Origin: Desulfobacterales bacterium
GTDB taxonomy: Bacteria > Desulfobacterota > Desulfobacteria > Desulfobacterales > UBA5852
Assembly (NCBI GenBank): GCA_963674755.2
Contig: CAXXVS010000001.1
Coordinates: forward strand, 864,001 to 928,000
DNA: 64,000 nucleotides
Direction: 5' to 3'
A model generated the notes under the pieces. The model had not been told where the DNA came from. It saw only the letters and a list, made by a program, of their open reading frames with translations, and made no database searches. A program made the translations under genes and the position numbers. Below, piece after piece: positions 19,428 to 29,029 of the stretch. Every line of letters begins with the position of its first letter. The stretch's first letter is position 1.

Positions 19428-20639
19428 CTATTGTATCGTCCCGGCCAACTGGAAGATCGGCATATACATGGCCAGCACGATGAAACCGATCACCAAGCCC
19501 ATAACAATCATCAGCGCCGGTTCGATGGCCGCGGAGATGATCGCTAATTTGGCCTCGACGTCTTCATCGTAGAAATCGGCAGCGTCGACAAGTACCTGCT
19601 CCAGCTCTCCGCCACTCTCACCGGCGGCCACCATGCGGATGGCCAAATGCGGGAAAGACTCCGTTTCTTCGAGAGCCTCCGAAAAGCCATAGCCTTCGGT
19701 AATGCGGCGCACCACCTGGATGAGCTTGTCCCGGAGGAAAAGATTGTTCAGTGTGCCGGCCGCGATGCGCACGGATTCGATCAGGGGCGCGCCGGCCGTG
19801 AGCACCATGGCGACCGTGCGGAGCACCAGGGCGGTGGCATAGCTGACATAGAGACCGCCGACATAGGGCATCTTCAATAACCATTGATCCCGCAGGGTTC
19901 GCCAGGTTTCGTGCCGCACCGCACGGTTCCAGCCGACCGCCAGGAGTGCGACCAAGATGGCCAGGTAGAGGAAATGATCTTTGACGCCGTTGCTGAAGGA
20001 GATCAGCACCATGGTCATGGCGGGCAGCTGGGTACCGCTTTCAAAGTACGTCTTGGTGAATGAAGGTACGACATAAATCAGCAGCAAAAACAACACGGCG
20101 ATGGAGGCGCTCACGAGAATCAGCGGGTAGACCGAAGCCGAAATCAATTTGCGCTTGAGGGCCATCATCTGTTTCAGATAGGCCACATGTTTGATCAGCG
20201 CGTCCGGGATATTCCCGCTTTTTTCACCGGCCTGTAAAGAGGAAACGTATAACTTGGAAAAAATGCGGGGGTATTTGGCAAAGGCCTCGGAGAGGGATTC
20301 CCCCGTGGAGACGTCGTAGCGGACCTGTTGGAGAATATTGTTCAGTTCGGAAGGCTCGCTTTTTTCGATGATGGCATCCAATGCGGCAACGATTGGCATA
20401 CCGGTTCGGATCAGGACCGCAAATTCCTTGTTGAAAGAGAAAAAATCCCTGATTTTAAACCGCTTGGAACGCCCCTCGCCGCCCAAGGTTAGCTTGAGAC
20501 GCTCTTCACGCTTGATGCGGTAGACAAAATGGCCCTCTTTTTCCAGGCGCCATTTTAGATCGTCCCGGGAATCCGCAGCAATGGTCTTTTTGACGTACTG
20601 CCCTTCGGGCGTCATATATTTGCAGCGATAGGAAGGCAT
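19428..20639 (-). CDS. GspF/PilC inner-membrane platform protein
   Basis: GESLSEA, AGEKSG, SASVYP, GESGG and IEP...AMYMPIF motifs. Confidence 0.95.
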   Translation of the reverse strand: MPSYRCKYMTPEGQYVKKTIAADSRDDLKWRLEKEGHFVYRIKREERLKLTLGGEGRSKRFKIRDFFSFNKEFAVLIRTGMPIVAALDAIIEKSEPSELNNILQQVRYDVSTGESLSEAFAKYPRIFSKLYVSSLQAGEKSGNIPDALIKHVAYLKQMMALKRKLISASVYPLILVSASIAVLFLLLIYVVPSFTKTYFESGTQLPAMTMVLISFSNGVKDHFLYLAILVALLAVGWNRAVRHETWRTLRDQWLLKMPYVGGLYVSYATALVLRTVAMVLTAGAPLIESVRIAAGTLNNLFLRDKLIQVVRRITEGYGFSEALEETESFPHLAIRMVAAGESGGELEQVLVDAADFYDEDVEAKLAIISAAIEPALMIVMGLVIGFIVLAMYMPIFQLAGTIQ

Positions 20640-20879
20640 GGATTAAAGAACTTTACGGCCGGAATTAAATTCTACCATTTAGGGATGGACACCAAATGGG
20701 TATTCAACCACAAAACTATACGATATTTCTAATAGTTATCCTATGTCCCTAAGGGGTCTTAAAGTATAAAAACACCAGGAAGTCAATGTTCGGTAAGGAT
20801 TTCTGGAGGTTCGGATCGATTGCCCGCGAAATGGCTTTCCCTATCAATGAGGTTTCTATAATGCCTGCCATTCCGGATT

Positions 20880-22376
20880 CTATCGAAGGCCATACTTCGA
20901 AATGAGGCGGGAGAGGTAGGTTCGTTGAATTCCCATGATCTTGGCGGCCTGGCTGCGGTTTCCGCCCGTATGATCCAGGTTGATGGTGATAAATTCCTTT
21001 TTGAAACGGTTTAAGGCATCTTTCAGCGTAAGGCCGACCTCAAGCCCCGAATCGCAGCTCTGGGAGTTGAAGATCGGCAGATCTTCCGGGCGAATTTTTT
21101 TATCGTCCCCCATGACGACGGCACGCTCGATGGCATTGCGAAGCTCCCGGATATTGCCGGGCCAATCGTATTTGCGCATTTGCTGGATGGTTTCTTCCGA
21201 CATGGTGAGGTTGGGGAGGCCGCGCTCGCGCCGAAATTCGTCCAGGAAATATTCCGCCAATTCGGGGATGTCTTCTTTGCGGTCCCGCAAGGCGGGCATC
21301 TGCATGCTGACGATGTTGAGCCGATAGTAAAGGTCTTCCCGGAAGCGGCCCTCTTTGACCTCGTTGGCGATGTCCCGATTGGTGGCCGAGAGCACGCGGA
21401 CATCTACGGATATGGAGTCGTTGCCCCCCACACGGTAGAAGACGCCCTCCTGAAGGACGCGCAGGAGCTTGGCTTGCATGCCGGCACTCATTTCCCCGAT
21501 TTCATCGAGGAAAAGGGTCCCGCCATCGGCCAGTTCGAATTTGCCGATCTTGCGTTTGAGAGCACCCGTAAAGGCGCCTTTCTCGTAACCAAAAAGCTCG
21601 GCTTCTAAAAGCGTTTCCTGCAAGGCCGCGCAATTGAGCACCACCAGGGGGCCGTCTTTGCGCGGGCTGGAGCGATGAATCAGATGGGCCAGCAGCTCCT
21701 TGCCGGTGCCGCTTTCCCCTAAAATCAGGGTACTCGAGTTGGAGTTGGCCACTTTCAGGGCCTGGGCCGTAATTTTTGTAAGGGCCGCGCTTTTCCCGAC
21801 AATCTGATGCTTGGCGGCCAGCTCTTCCCGCAAATCGCGGTATTCCTGGCTGACTTTTTCAAAACGCTTGGCATTTTGGATGGCCCGGGCGGCGACACCC
21901 GAAAAAACGGAAAGATCCCGCAAATCGCCTTTGGTCAAAGGGCGGTCGCCGGTTTTGTCGATCACTTCCAGGACCCCGATGATGCGTCCCTCGCTCTGCA
22001 TGGGCACACAGGCAATGGACTGGGTGTCCAGATGCAGACTGTGGCTGATGGAACTGTCCCATAAAGGGTCCCGGGATACATTGCTGATCAGGAGCGGCTC
22101 CCCGGTTTGGGCGACATGGCCGGCGATGCCCTGGCCCAGGTTGATGGTAAAGGATTTGACCTCGTGTTTCTTTTCACCGGTGGTGGCTTTGAAAACCAGC
22201 TTTTTGGTCCGTCGGTTCACCAACAGGATGGAACCGGCCTTGGCATTCAGAATACCGACGGCCGTTTCCAGAACCAGTTCGAGGAGTTTCTCCAGATCCT
22301 GGGAAGATGATACCCAGCTGGCGATTTCATGCAGCCTTGCGACCAGGCTGTCCGTTGCAGCAGCGCGTTCCGTCAT
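20880..22376 (-). CDS. GAF-domain sigma-54-dependent activator
   Basis: N-terminal GAF ([14 protein letters not shown]); [14 protein letters not shown]; Fis HTH. Confidence 0.93.
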   Translation of the reverse strand: MTERAAATDSLVARLHEIASWVSSSQDLEKLLELVLETAVGILNAKAGSILLVNRRTKKLVFKATTGEKKHEVKSFTINLGQGIAGHVAQTGEPLLISNVSRDPLWDSSISHSLHLDTQSIACVPMQSEGRIIGVLEVIDKTGDRPLTKGDLRDLSVFSGVAARAIQNAKRFEKVSQEYRDLREELAAKHQIVGKSAALTKITAQALKVANSNSSTLILGESGTGKELLAHLIHRSSPRKDGPLVVLNCAALQETLLEAELFGYEKGAFTGALKRKIGKFELADGGTLFLDEIGEMSAGMQAKLLRVLQEGVFYRVGGNDSISVDVRVLSATNRDIANEVKEGRFREDLYYRLNIVSMQMPALRDRKEDIPELAEYFLDEFRRERGLPNLTMSEETIQQMRKYDWPGNIRELRNAIERAVVMGDDKKIRPEDLPIFNSQSCDSGLEVGLTLKDALNRFKKEFITINLDHTGGNRSQAAKIMGIQRTYLSRLISKYGLR

Positions 22377-22529
22377 CAGGAAAAGAATCCTTATGGGTTA
22401 ATGATCGAATGGATTTGGATATTATCAATCAAGCAACAAAAAAGGTTAACCTATCCCGGAAGAGGCCATTGATTCTGATTCAATCGACCAGCGTTAGTCG
22501 CTTGACGGCATAAAACCGGCCTGCCAATC

Positions 22530-23195
22530 TTACCAGAAAGACCATTGTTCTGTATAAATCACGTAAAGCCCCAGCAGGAGATTCGTCACCGCATGGGCCT
22601 GGATAGAGGAAAAAAGATTGCGCGTCCGGCAAAGCAGGACGCCATATGCCACACCGGCTACAATGCCCGGCAACCAGCGATGATGTTCAAACCCGAATGC
22701 GACGGCCGTCAGCACAAAAGCATACCAGGTGAATTGTCCTAACGGTACCTTATTGAATTCTGATGCTACCAGAAACCGCATGACAAACGCGCGCCAGAAA
22801 ATTTCTTCGATCACCGGAACCAGAAGACTGGCCCCCATGAGGCGAATACCGATCGAAATGCTGGAAATATCGCGGCCGGCCATTGCCGGATCGAACACCG
22901 AATACCCGATCTGGGGATAATAACCTTCTAAGCCGATCCATGCGCCGAATACGCCTAAACCGGTGATCAGCGCCAACCCATCAAAAGTCCATTTGATATC
23001 GATGCGCAGTCTCGACCAAAAAATGGCCAACGTGCCGCCCGTTGTTAAGGTCTTAATTAAATAAGCGCCGCCATCGCCGATGGGCAAGACGGCCGACAAA
23101 TAGGTCATTGCGGTAAAGACGGCAAACGGGGCGACATAGGGCAACCAGGGCCAGGCGTCGCTAATGTTATGAAATATAGATCTGCATAATGGCAT
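22530..23195 (-). CDS. CAAX prenyl protease-related (Abi) protein, PEP-CTERM-locus type
   Basis: PVIEEIFWRAF, FGFEH and AHAVTN catalytic motifs; PYVAPF N-terminus. Confidence 0.88.
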   Translation of the reverse strand: MPLCRSIFHNISDAWPWLPYVAPFAVFTAMTYLSAVLPIGDGGAYLIKTLTTGGTLAIFWSRLRIDIKWTFDGLALITGLGVFGAWIGLEGYYPQIGYSVFDPAMAGRDISSISIGIRLMGASLLVPVIEEIFWRAFVMRFLVASEFNKVPLGQFTWYAFVLTAVAFGFEHHRWLPGIVAGVAYGVLLCRTRNLFSSIQAHAVTNLLLGLYVIYTEQWSFW

Positions 23196-23400
23196 CTTTC
23201 GGCCCCGGCTCCGCCGCGGCCGGTGGACCGAGTCCCCTAATGGCGCTAAATCCACCTCTGGCGGACAAGCCGGTGTTCGTGCCTTTCAGGAGTCCTCGCC
23301 GTTGCCGGGCTGTCAACGATGTCGCGCATATGCCTACGCCGCCGGTTTCCACATCGCTACGTCCCTGGTCGGAACCAGGTGTGACCATCCCTATACGGGT
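23180..23400 (+). repeat. Family C element (diverged)
   Basis: AATGGCATCTTTCGGCCCCGG left end; GCCGGGCT...CTACGCC; GGAACCA...ACCATC right end. Confidence 0.7.
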
Positions 23401-23588
23401 ATAACCCAAATGGTTTATTGAATTAGCTCTTTTTTTTATCTGTATAAAATAGTACACTCCACCATCGATTGCAACCTACTTTAATTCGTGAAACAATGCA
23501 TGCGACCTGATATGGCCTTTTGCCGGTGTGTTGGATCCAATACTGTTTCGAGCCGATGGAAAATCATCGTCACCCTTGGAGGATATCC

Positions 23589-25868
23589 ATGGACCGCCGT
23601 CCTTTAACACTGTTGATCATCATCCTGAGTCTCGGTCTTTGTCTGTCCTGCGCTTCGGATGAGGAAAAAGTCCAAAAGTACCTCACCAGCGGTGATCAAT
23701 ATTTCTCTCAGGAGGAATACCGCAGCGCTGAGATCGAGTTTAAAAATGCCATTCAGATCGATCCCAATCTGGTGGAGGCCCACCTCAAACTGGGCGAAAC
23801 CTATCTCAAACTGGGCAACGCCCGGGAGGCGTTCCGCGAATTCAGTGCGGCCGCCCAGATCGATCCCAACAATATGGATACGCAGCTGAAATTGGCCACG
23901 TTTCTTTTTCTGGGCAAACAGGACGACCTCGCGCGCGAAAAAGTGGCGCTGATTCTCGCCGCGAACCCCCAGAATCCGGAAGCCCTGCTATTGCGTGGTG
24001 GTCTGGAGGAGCGTGGGCAGCAGTATAAGGAGGCGGCCGGCACCTATCAAGAGGTACTGCGAATCGATGCCAATCGCATCGGCGCCTATCTGGGGCTTGC
24101 GAGGGTTCAATTGCGTTTGGGGCAACCGGATGCGGCGGAAGCCACTCTGATAAAAGCAAGCCGGATCGAACCGCAAGCGCTGGAGCCGAGGATGGCCCTT
24201 TTTCAATTTTATGCCGGACAGGGGCAACTGCCAAAAGCCAATCAGGTCATCCAAAACGCGATTGCCGATCACCCTGACAACGCGGGGTTGCTCATTGTGC
24301 AGGCCAATTTCCTGGCCCGTCAGAATCGGCTCGACGAAGCCGAAGCCGCTCTCCGGCAGGCGATCGCCGTGGAGCCCGAGAGCACACGGCCCTATCTGAC
24401 CCTGGCCGCCTTTTATGAAGCTAACAAGGCACCGGACAAGGCCCTGGCCGTTTATCAGCAAGCCTTGGCGGCGCACCCGGACGACAGTCAGCTGAAGGTC
24501 CACCTGGCCCGCTTCTATCTGAGCCAGGGCCGGACGGGAGAGGCCGAAACAGCGGTTGACGGGCTGCTGGAGGAACGCCCCAACTACGCCCCCGCCAAAA
24601 TGCTCAAGGCGGAACTGCTCGTTGCGCAGCGGAAGTTTTCCGAGGCGGTTGCTTTACTGGATCAGTTGATTGCGGAGGAACCCCAAGCGGCCCGGGCGTA
24701 TTACTTCAAGGGGCTGGCCCAGGTGGGCCAGGGGGACCGCCGGATGGCGCAGAGCGCGTTGTCCAAAGCCATCGAACTGGCTCCCCGGGATGTTCGGGCG
24801 CGGTTGTTATTGGCGGAGGTCTACATGGGAGAGCGGGAGTTCGATTTGGCGGCCAAGGAGGCGCAGGCCGCCCTGGAACTTGCTCCCACCAATTACCGGG
24901 CCAAGCTGATTTTGGGCAACGCCGCCATGATGAAACGTGATCTTAGCGCGGCCGAAAAATGGTACCGCGAACTGGTCGCCGCCGAGCCGGATAATCCGGT
25001 GGGTTACTTCCGGATGGGCCTGCTCAGCCGGGCCCGGCAGGATAACGCGGCCGCCCTGGAATATTTCGATCGTGCTGCCGCTATAGACCCCTCAATGCTC
25101 GATGCCACACGGCAAAGCGTTCTCATCCTGGGATCGGAAAAACGCTATGACGAGGCCCTGGATCGCTGCCGGTCGCAAATGAAGCGGGTCGGCGACGACA
25201 AGAAGGCGCAGGCCGTCCTCACCGGTTTGAGCGGGGATCTTCTGCTGGCCCAGGGTAAGACCTCGGAGGCCGAGGCCGCCTATGAGCAAGCCATGGCATT
25301 GGATCCCGATAATATGGGACCCTATTTTGCGCTGGCACGTATGCATCTGCGCAGCGGCAATGCCGAAAAGGCCATCCGCCAGTATCAGGCCGCATTGGCG
25401 CAAAACCCGCGGCAACCCGGTATTCAAACCATTCTCGGCACCATATACGATCAACAGCATCAGCCGGAGCAGGCCGAAGCCCATTATCGGGAAGCGCTGA
25501 AAATCGACCCGGAATTCGCTCCGGCCGCCAACAACCTGGCCTACCTGCTGGCCAATAGCGACCGCGAACTGGACGAAGCGCTCACCTACGCTCGTTTGGC
25601 CAAGGCCAAATACCCGGACGATCCCGGCGTTATGGACACCCTGGGGCTGGTTTATTTGAAAAAGGGGCTGATCGACAGTGCCGTGGCCGAGCTCAAAGAA
25701 AGTGCTGCCAAACTTGGAGAGAACCCGACCGTGCGCTATCACCTGGCGCTGGCCTATCACCTGCAAGGCAAGCCCGACCTCGCACGCCAGGAGCTGCGTG
25801 CCGCCCTGGACCTGGGCAAAGCCTTTCCCGAGAAGAAAGCGGCCCAGCAGCTCCTGGCGGGGCTTTAA
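23589..25868 (+). CDS. TPR-repeat lipoprotein (PrsT-like)
   Basis: GGAGGA ribosome-binding site, lipobox CLSC, AEIEFKNAIQIDP, many TPRs, NNLAYLL...DTLG. Confidence 0.88.
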   Translation: MDRRPLTLLIIILSLGLCLSCASDEEKVQKYLTSGDQYFSQEEYRSAEIEFKNAIQIDPNLVEAHLKLGETYLKLGNAREAFREFSAAAQIDPNNMDTQLKLATFLFLGKQDDLAREKVALILAANPQNPEALLLRGGLEERGQQYKEAAGTYQEVLRIDANRIGAYLGLARVQLRLGQPDAAEATLIKASRIEPQALEPRMALFQFYAGQGQLPKANQVIQNAIADHPDNAGLLIVQANFLARQNRLDEAEAALRQAIAVEPESTRPYLTLAAFYEANKAPDKALAVYQQALAAHPDDSQLKVHLARFYLSQGRTGEAETAVDGLLEERPNYAPAKMLKAELLVAQRKFSEAVALLDQLIAEEPQAARAYYFKGLAQVGQGDRRMAQSALSKAIELAPRDVRARLLLAEVYMGEREFDLAAKEAQAALELAPTNYRAKLILGNAAMMKRDLSAAEKWYRELVAAEPDNPVGYFRMGLLSRARQDNAAALEYFDRAAAIDPSMLDATRQSVLILGSEKRYDEALDRCRSQMKRVGDDKKAQAVLTGLSGDLLLAQGKTSEAEAAYEQAMALDPDNMGPYFALARMHLRSGNAEKAIRQYQAALAQNPRQPGIQTILGTIYDQQHQPEQAEAHYREALKIDPEFAPAANNLAYLLANSDRELDEALTYARLAKAKYPDDPGVMDTLGLVYLKKGLIDSAVAELKESAAKLGENPTVRYHLALAYHLQGKPDLARQELRAALDLGKAFPEKKAAQQLLAGL

Positions 25869-25877
25869 CCCCCGGCC

Positions 25878-27026
25878 ATGCGCTATCTGTCCTTCAAAGC
25901 GCTGATCGTCCTGGTGGTGCTGCCGCCGATATTGTACGTTACGGCCATCCAGGGGCTGGAGCGCTATCTGACATATCATTACAGGAGCGCACTCCAGAAA
26001 GCGATCCCCGGGGATACCCAGGCGCTGCTTTCCGGGCGAACGCGGCTCTCCGATCGCATCCAGACCGCGGTGAATGCCTTGCTGGCCGATGCCGCTTTCC
26101 GCCATCACGGCGTCCGGATTGCCGTGACCGTTCGGACCCGGGAGGGGCGCCGGTTGTATCCGCCGGTTTACCGCGAAAACAGCCTTGGCGCCTCTGACAA
26201 CGACGCAATGGATATCGCCAGCGAAAACTTTGCGATGCTCAGCGAAGGCCTGGACGTGTCCCTGTCGGTAACGATCGAGCACAACACCCTGGCGGCTAAC
26301 GCGGTGCTGGCGGTGGCGCTCCTGCTGGCGTTGTCGGGTCTGGCGATCGTCTATCGTCGCGGCACCCGGGTGTATGCTCGGGAAGAAGCCCGCCGGGGGG
26401 TGGAGCTGGCCCGAATCAAGGCCCGCGAAGCATCGCAGCGGACGGTCCTGGCCTCTCTGGAGGAGCAACGCACCCACCTGGCATCCGCGATCGAAACGAT
26501 CCGGACCGAGCTCACAGTGGCCCAGGAGCGGGCCGCGCGCAACGAGGCCGATCTTTTCGATGAGGTCGATGCCTTAGAACAGAAGTTGCAGCACAACCTC
26601 ACGCAGCAGGATCAGCAGCGCAACCGCATCCATGAGCTGGAGGATCAGTTGGCCCAGCTGGACAGGGAGCGGGAGGCCCTCAGCGTTCAGCACAGCAAGG
26701 ACGCCGACGGGTTGCGCAAGCGGATGGAGACGCTTTACAAAAATACGGCCTTTTCCAACCGCGCGCTGGAGGGGTTGACCGAGCTGACCGAGGCCATGCA
26801 GATCAAGGCCGAGGAGATTATCCACCAGCTGGATGCCCAGGCCGATCAGGTGCCGATCAAACGTAAACTATTCCGCGGCAAAGGCAAGGAGACCGTATTT
26901 GAAATCGTGTTTGCCTACAAGGGGCGCCTCTACTTTCGCCGCACCAAATCGCGCAAGGTGGACATCCTCGTTATCGGTACCAAGAATTCGCAGGAGAAGG
27001 ATCTGGTCTACTTGGATCGACTATGA
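25878..27026 (+). CDS. Two-TM coiled-coil protein with putative C-terminal RelE/ParE-like domain
   Basis: Two hydrophobic segments, long coiled coil, C-terminal GRLYF...ILVIGTKNSQEKDL. Confidence 0.7.
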   Translation: MRYLSFKALIVLVVLPPILYVTAIQGLERYLTYHYRSALQKAIPGDTQALLSGRTRLSDRIQTAVNALLADAAFRHHGVRIAVTVRTREGRRLYPPVYRENSLGASDNDAMDIASENFAMLSEGLDVSLSVTIEHNTLAANAVLAVALLLALSGLAIVYRRGTRVYAREEARRGVELARIKAREASQRTVLASLEEQRTHLASAIETIRTELTVAQERAARNEADLFDEVDALEQKLQHNLTQQDQQRNRIHELEDQLAQLDREREALSVQHSKDADGLRKRMETLYKNTAFSNRALEGLTELTEAMQIKAEEIIHQLDAQADQVPIKRKLFRGKGKETVFEIVFAYKGRLYFRRTKSRKVDILVIGTKNSQEKDLVYLDRL

Positions 27027-27059
27027 GATAGGCTCCCCGACCGGATCGTCAGTATTGGG

Positions 27060-27259
27060 CAGTGCCCATCCGTAAATGGTCGCTTTTGGTTTCTGGTCCC
27101 GCCGCACAGCGCGGGATATTATCCCGCTAGACGGGATTTCACGCCTGATTTTTGAACACATCGGTGTTCAACAACGCCGCCGCCGACGGGCGCCACAGAT
27201 GGATTGATCCACCGACGGCGGGCCAGGGGCCAAAAGATGCCGTTTAGGGATGAGTACTG
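27060..27259 (-). repeat. Family C element, inverted orientation
   Basis: Termini CAGTGCCCATCCGTAAATGG/CCGTTTAGGGATGAGTACTG; the canonical left end appears reverse-complemented at the right. Confidence 0.75.
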
Positions 27260-27289
27260 GAAATTTATCTACAAGGATGGCATACGACC

Positions 27290-29023
27290 ATGTACCTTGA
27301 GCATTACGGCCTGAAGGTCAAACCGTTCCAGATCAGTGCGGATCCGCGCTTTCTCTGGCTGGGCAGCAAGCACAAGGAAGCCCTGGCCATTTTGAAATAC
27401 GGTATTTTCGACAACCGGGGGTTTCTCCTGCTTTCCGGTGATGTGGGGACAGGCAAAACCACCCTCATCCACGCCCTTACCCGGGATCTCGGTGATGATA
27501 CGGTGGTGGCCACGGTGCCGGATCCCGGTCTGCAATTGATGGATTTCTACCGCTATATCGCACGATCTTTCCACATCCAAGCGCCTTTCGAAACCAAGGA
27601 ACAGTTTCTGGAGGTGTTCGAAACCTTTCTTCTCCGCAACGAAGCGTTGAAAAAGAAGGTGCTCCTGATCGTCGATGAGGCCCAGCGCCTGACCTCGGAG
27701 CTGTTGGAAGAAATCCGGCTGCTCTCCAACATCGAGAAAGACTACACCAAGCTGCTCAATATCTTCTTTGTGGGCCAGAATGAATTCAACGACATCATCC
27801 TGAAGCAAAAAAACCGCCCCCTGCGCCAGCGCATCACCATCAACTACAATATCAACCCGCTGGAGCAGCACGAGGTGATGGAATATATCAATTTCCGCCT
27901 TGGTGTAGCCGGCTGCAAGGACCCCCTGTTTACCGGCGATGCCGTCAAGGAGGTGTTCGCCTTTTCGGAAGGCTATCCGCGTTTGATCAATATTGTCTGC
28001 GATCATGCCCTCCTGACCGGTTTTGTGCAGGGGGTGGCCCGCATTACCGGGAGTATCGTGAGCGAATGTGCGGAGGAGCTGAATATCCGTTCGATGGCTC
28101 CCGCCCCGGCACCGTTGCCGGAGCCCTTCCCCCAAGCCGTAGCCCCTTCGCCGACGGTTTACCCGGCACCCTCCCAGGAAAGGGCGCCCGCCAGGGGGCT
28201 GTCGTCGACCCAGACCATGCTGGTGGTCATTCTCGGGATCCTTTGTTTTGTGGCGGGGCTGCTGGTGTTTTCCCTGCGCAATCGTGATGCCAGCACCGTT
28301 TCATCCCGCCATATCGGTGAAGCGGCCGCTGTGCCGGGGGAGGGGGCCGGTGAAGGTCCCGCCCCGCTTGCCGTGGTCGAATCCGAAACAAAGGGCGAAT
28401 CCGGTATGCCGGTCCCCCTGCAGGCGTCCTTGCCCCCACCTTCCACCGATCACCAGGCGGGGTCGCAGGCAGACGCCCCGATATCAGCGGGCCCCGCGGA
28501 TGCTTCCCGGGCCAGCCCGCGGGGCGATGCGACCCCTGGCAGCGCAGTGCCAAGCGATGCGAAAACGTTGCCCAATGCCGTCGATGCTGCTCCGGCGGCA
28601 TTTCCGATGGCCCCGCCCGCCCCCCCCGCGCCGGTGGTATCTTTTCAGGACCTGCTGGCCGATCCCGATGCCCTGACCGTCAATTTCAAGGTGGACTCCA
28701 ATGAATTGACTCCGAAGGATATGCAGGGTCTCGATCGCATTGCTGCCCTGATGAAAGCCCGCGACGACATCCGGGCCAAAGTGACCGGCTACACGGATGC
28801 GGTGGGGAATCTGCATTACAACCTGAAAGTTTCCGAATTCCGTGCCAATATCGTCAAGACTTATCTGGTGGGCAAAGGGGTGGCGGGCGGGCGCATCACG
28901 ACGGCGGGGATGGGACCGGCCAACCCGGTCGCCAGCAACGACAGCCTCGAGGGACGGCGCCGCAACCGGCGCGTCGAGATCGAACTGCGGACGGTGCCAA
29001 TGTCGCCATCGTCGAACGGATGA
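27290..29023 (+). CDS. ExeA/GspA-like AAA ATPase with TM and C-terminal OmpA-like peptidoglycan-binding domain
   Basis: YGLKVKPF, GDVGTGKTT, DEAQ, GYPRLIN; GYTDAVG...N.KVSEFRA...NRRVEI. Confidence 0.9.
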   Translation: MYLEHYGLKVKPFQISADPRFLWLGSKHKEALAILKYGIFDNRGFLLLSGDVGTGKTTLIHALTRDLGDDTVVATVPDPGLQLMDFYRYIARSFHIQAPFETKEQFLEVFETFLLRNEALKKKVLLIVDEAQRLTSELLEEIRLLSNIEKDYTKLLNIFFVGQNEFNDIILKQKNRPLRQRITINYNINPLEQHEVMEYINFRLGVAGCKDPLFTGDAVKEVFAFSEGYPRLINIVCDHALLTGFVQGVARITGSIVSECAEELNIRSMAPAPAPLPEPFPQAVAPSPTVYPAPSQERAPARGLSSTQTMLVVILGILCFVAGLLVFSLRNRDASTVSSRHIGEAAAVPGEGAGEGPAPLAVVESETKGESGMPVPLQASLPPPSTDHQAGSQADAPISAGPADASRASPRGDATPGSAVPSDAKTLPNAVDAAPAAFPMAPPAPPAPVVSFQDLLADPDALTVNFKVDSNELTPKDMQGLDRIAALMKARDDIRAKVTGYTDAVGNLHYNLKVSEFRANIVKTYLVGKGVAGGRITTAGMGPANPVASNDSLEGRRRNRRVEIELRTVPMSPSSNG

Positions 29024-29029
29024 CGTCCC

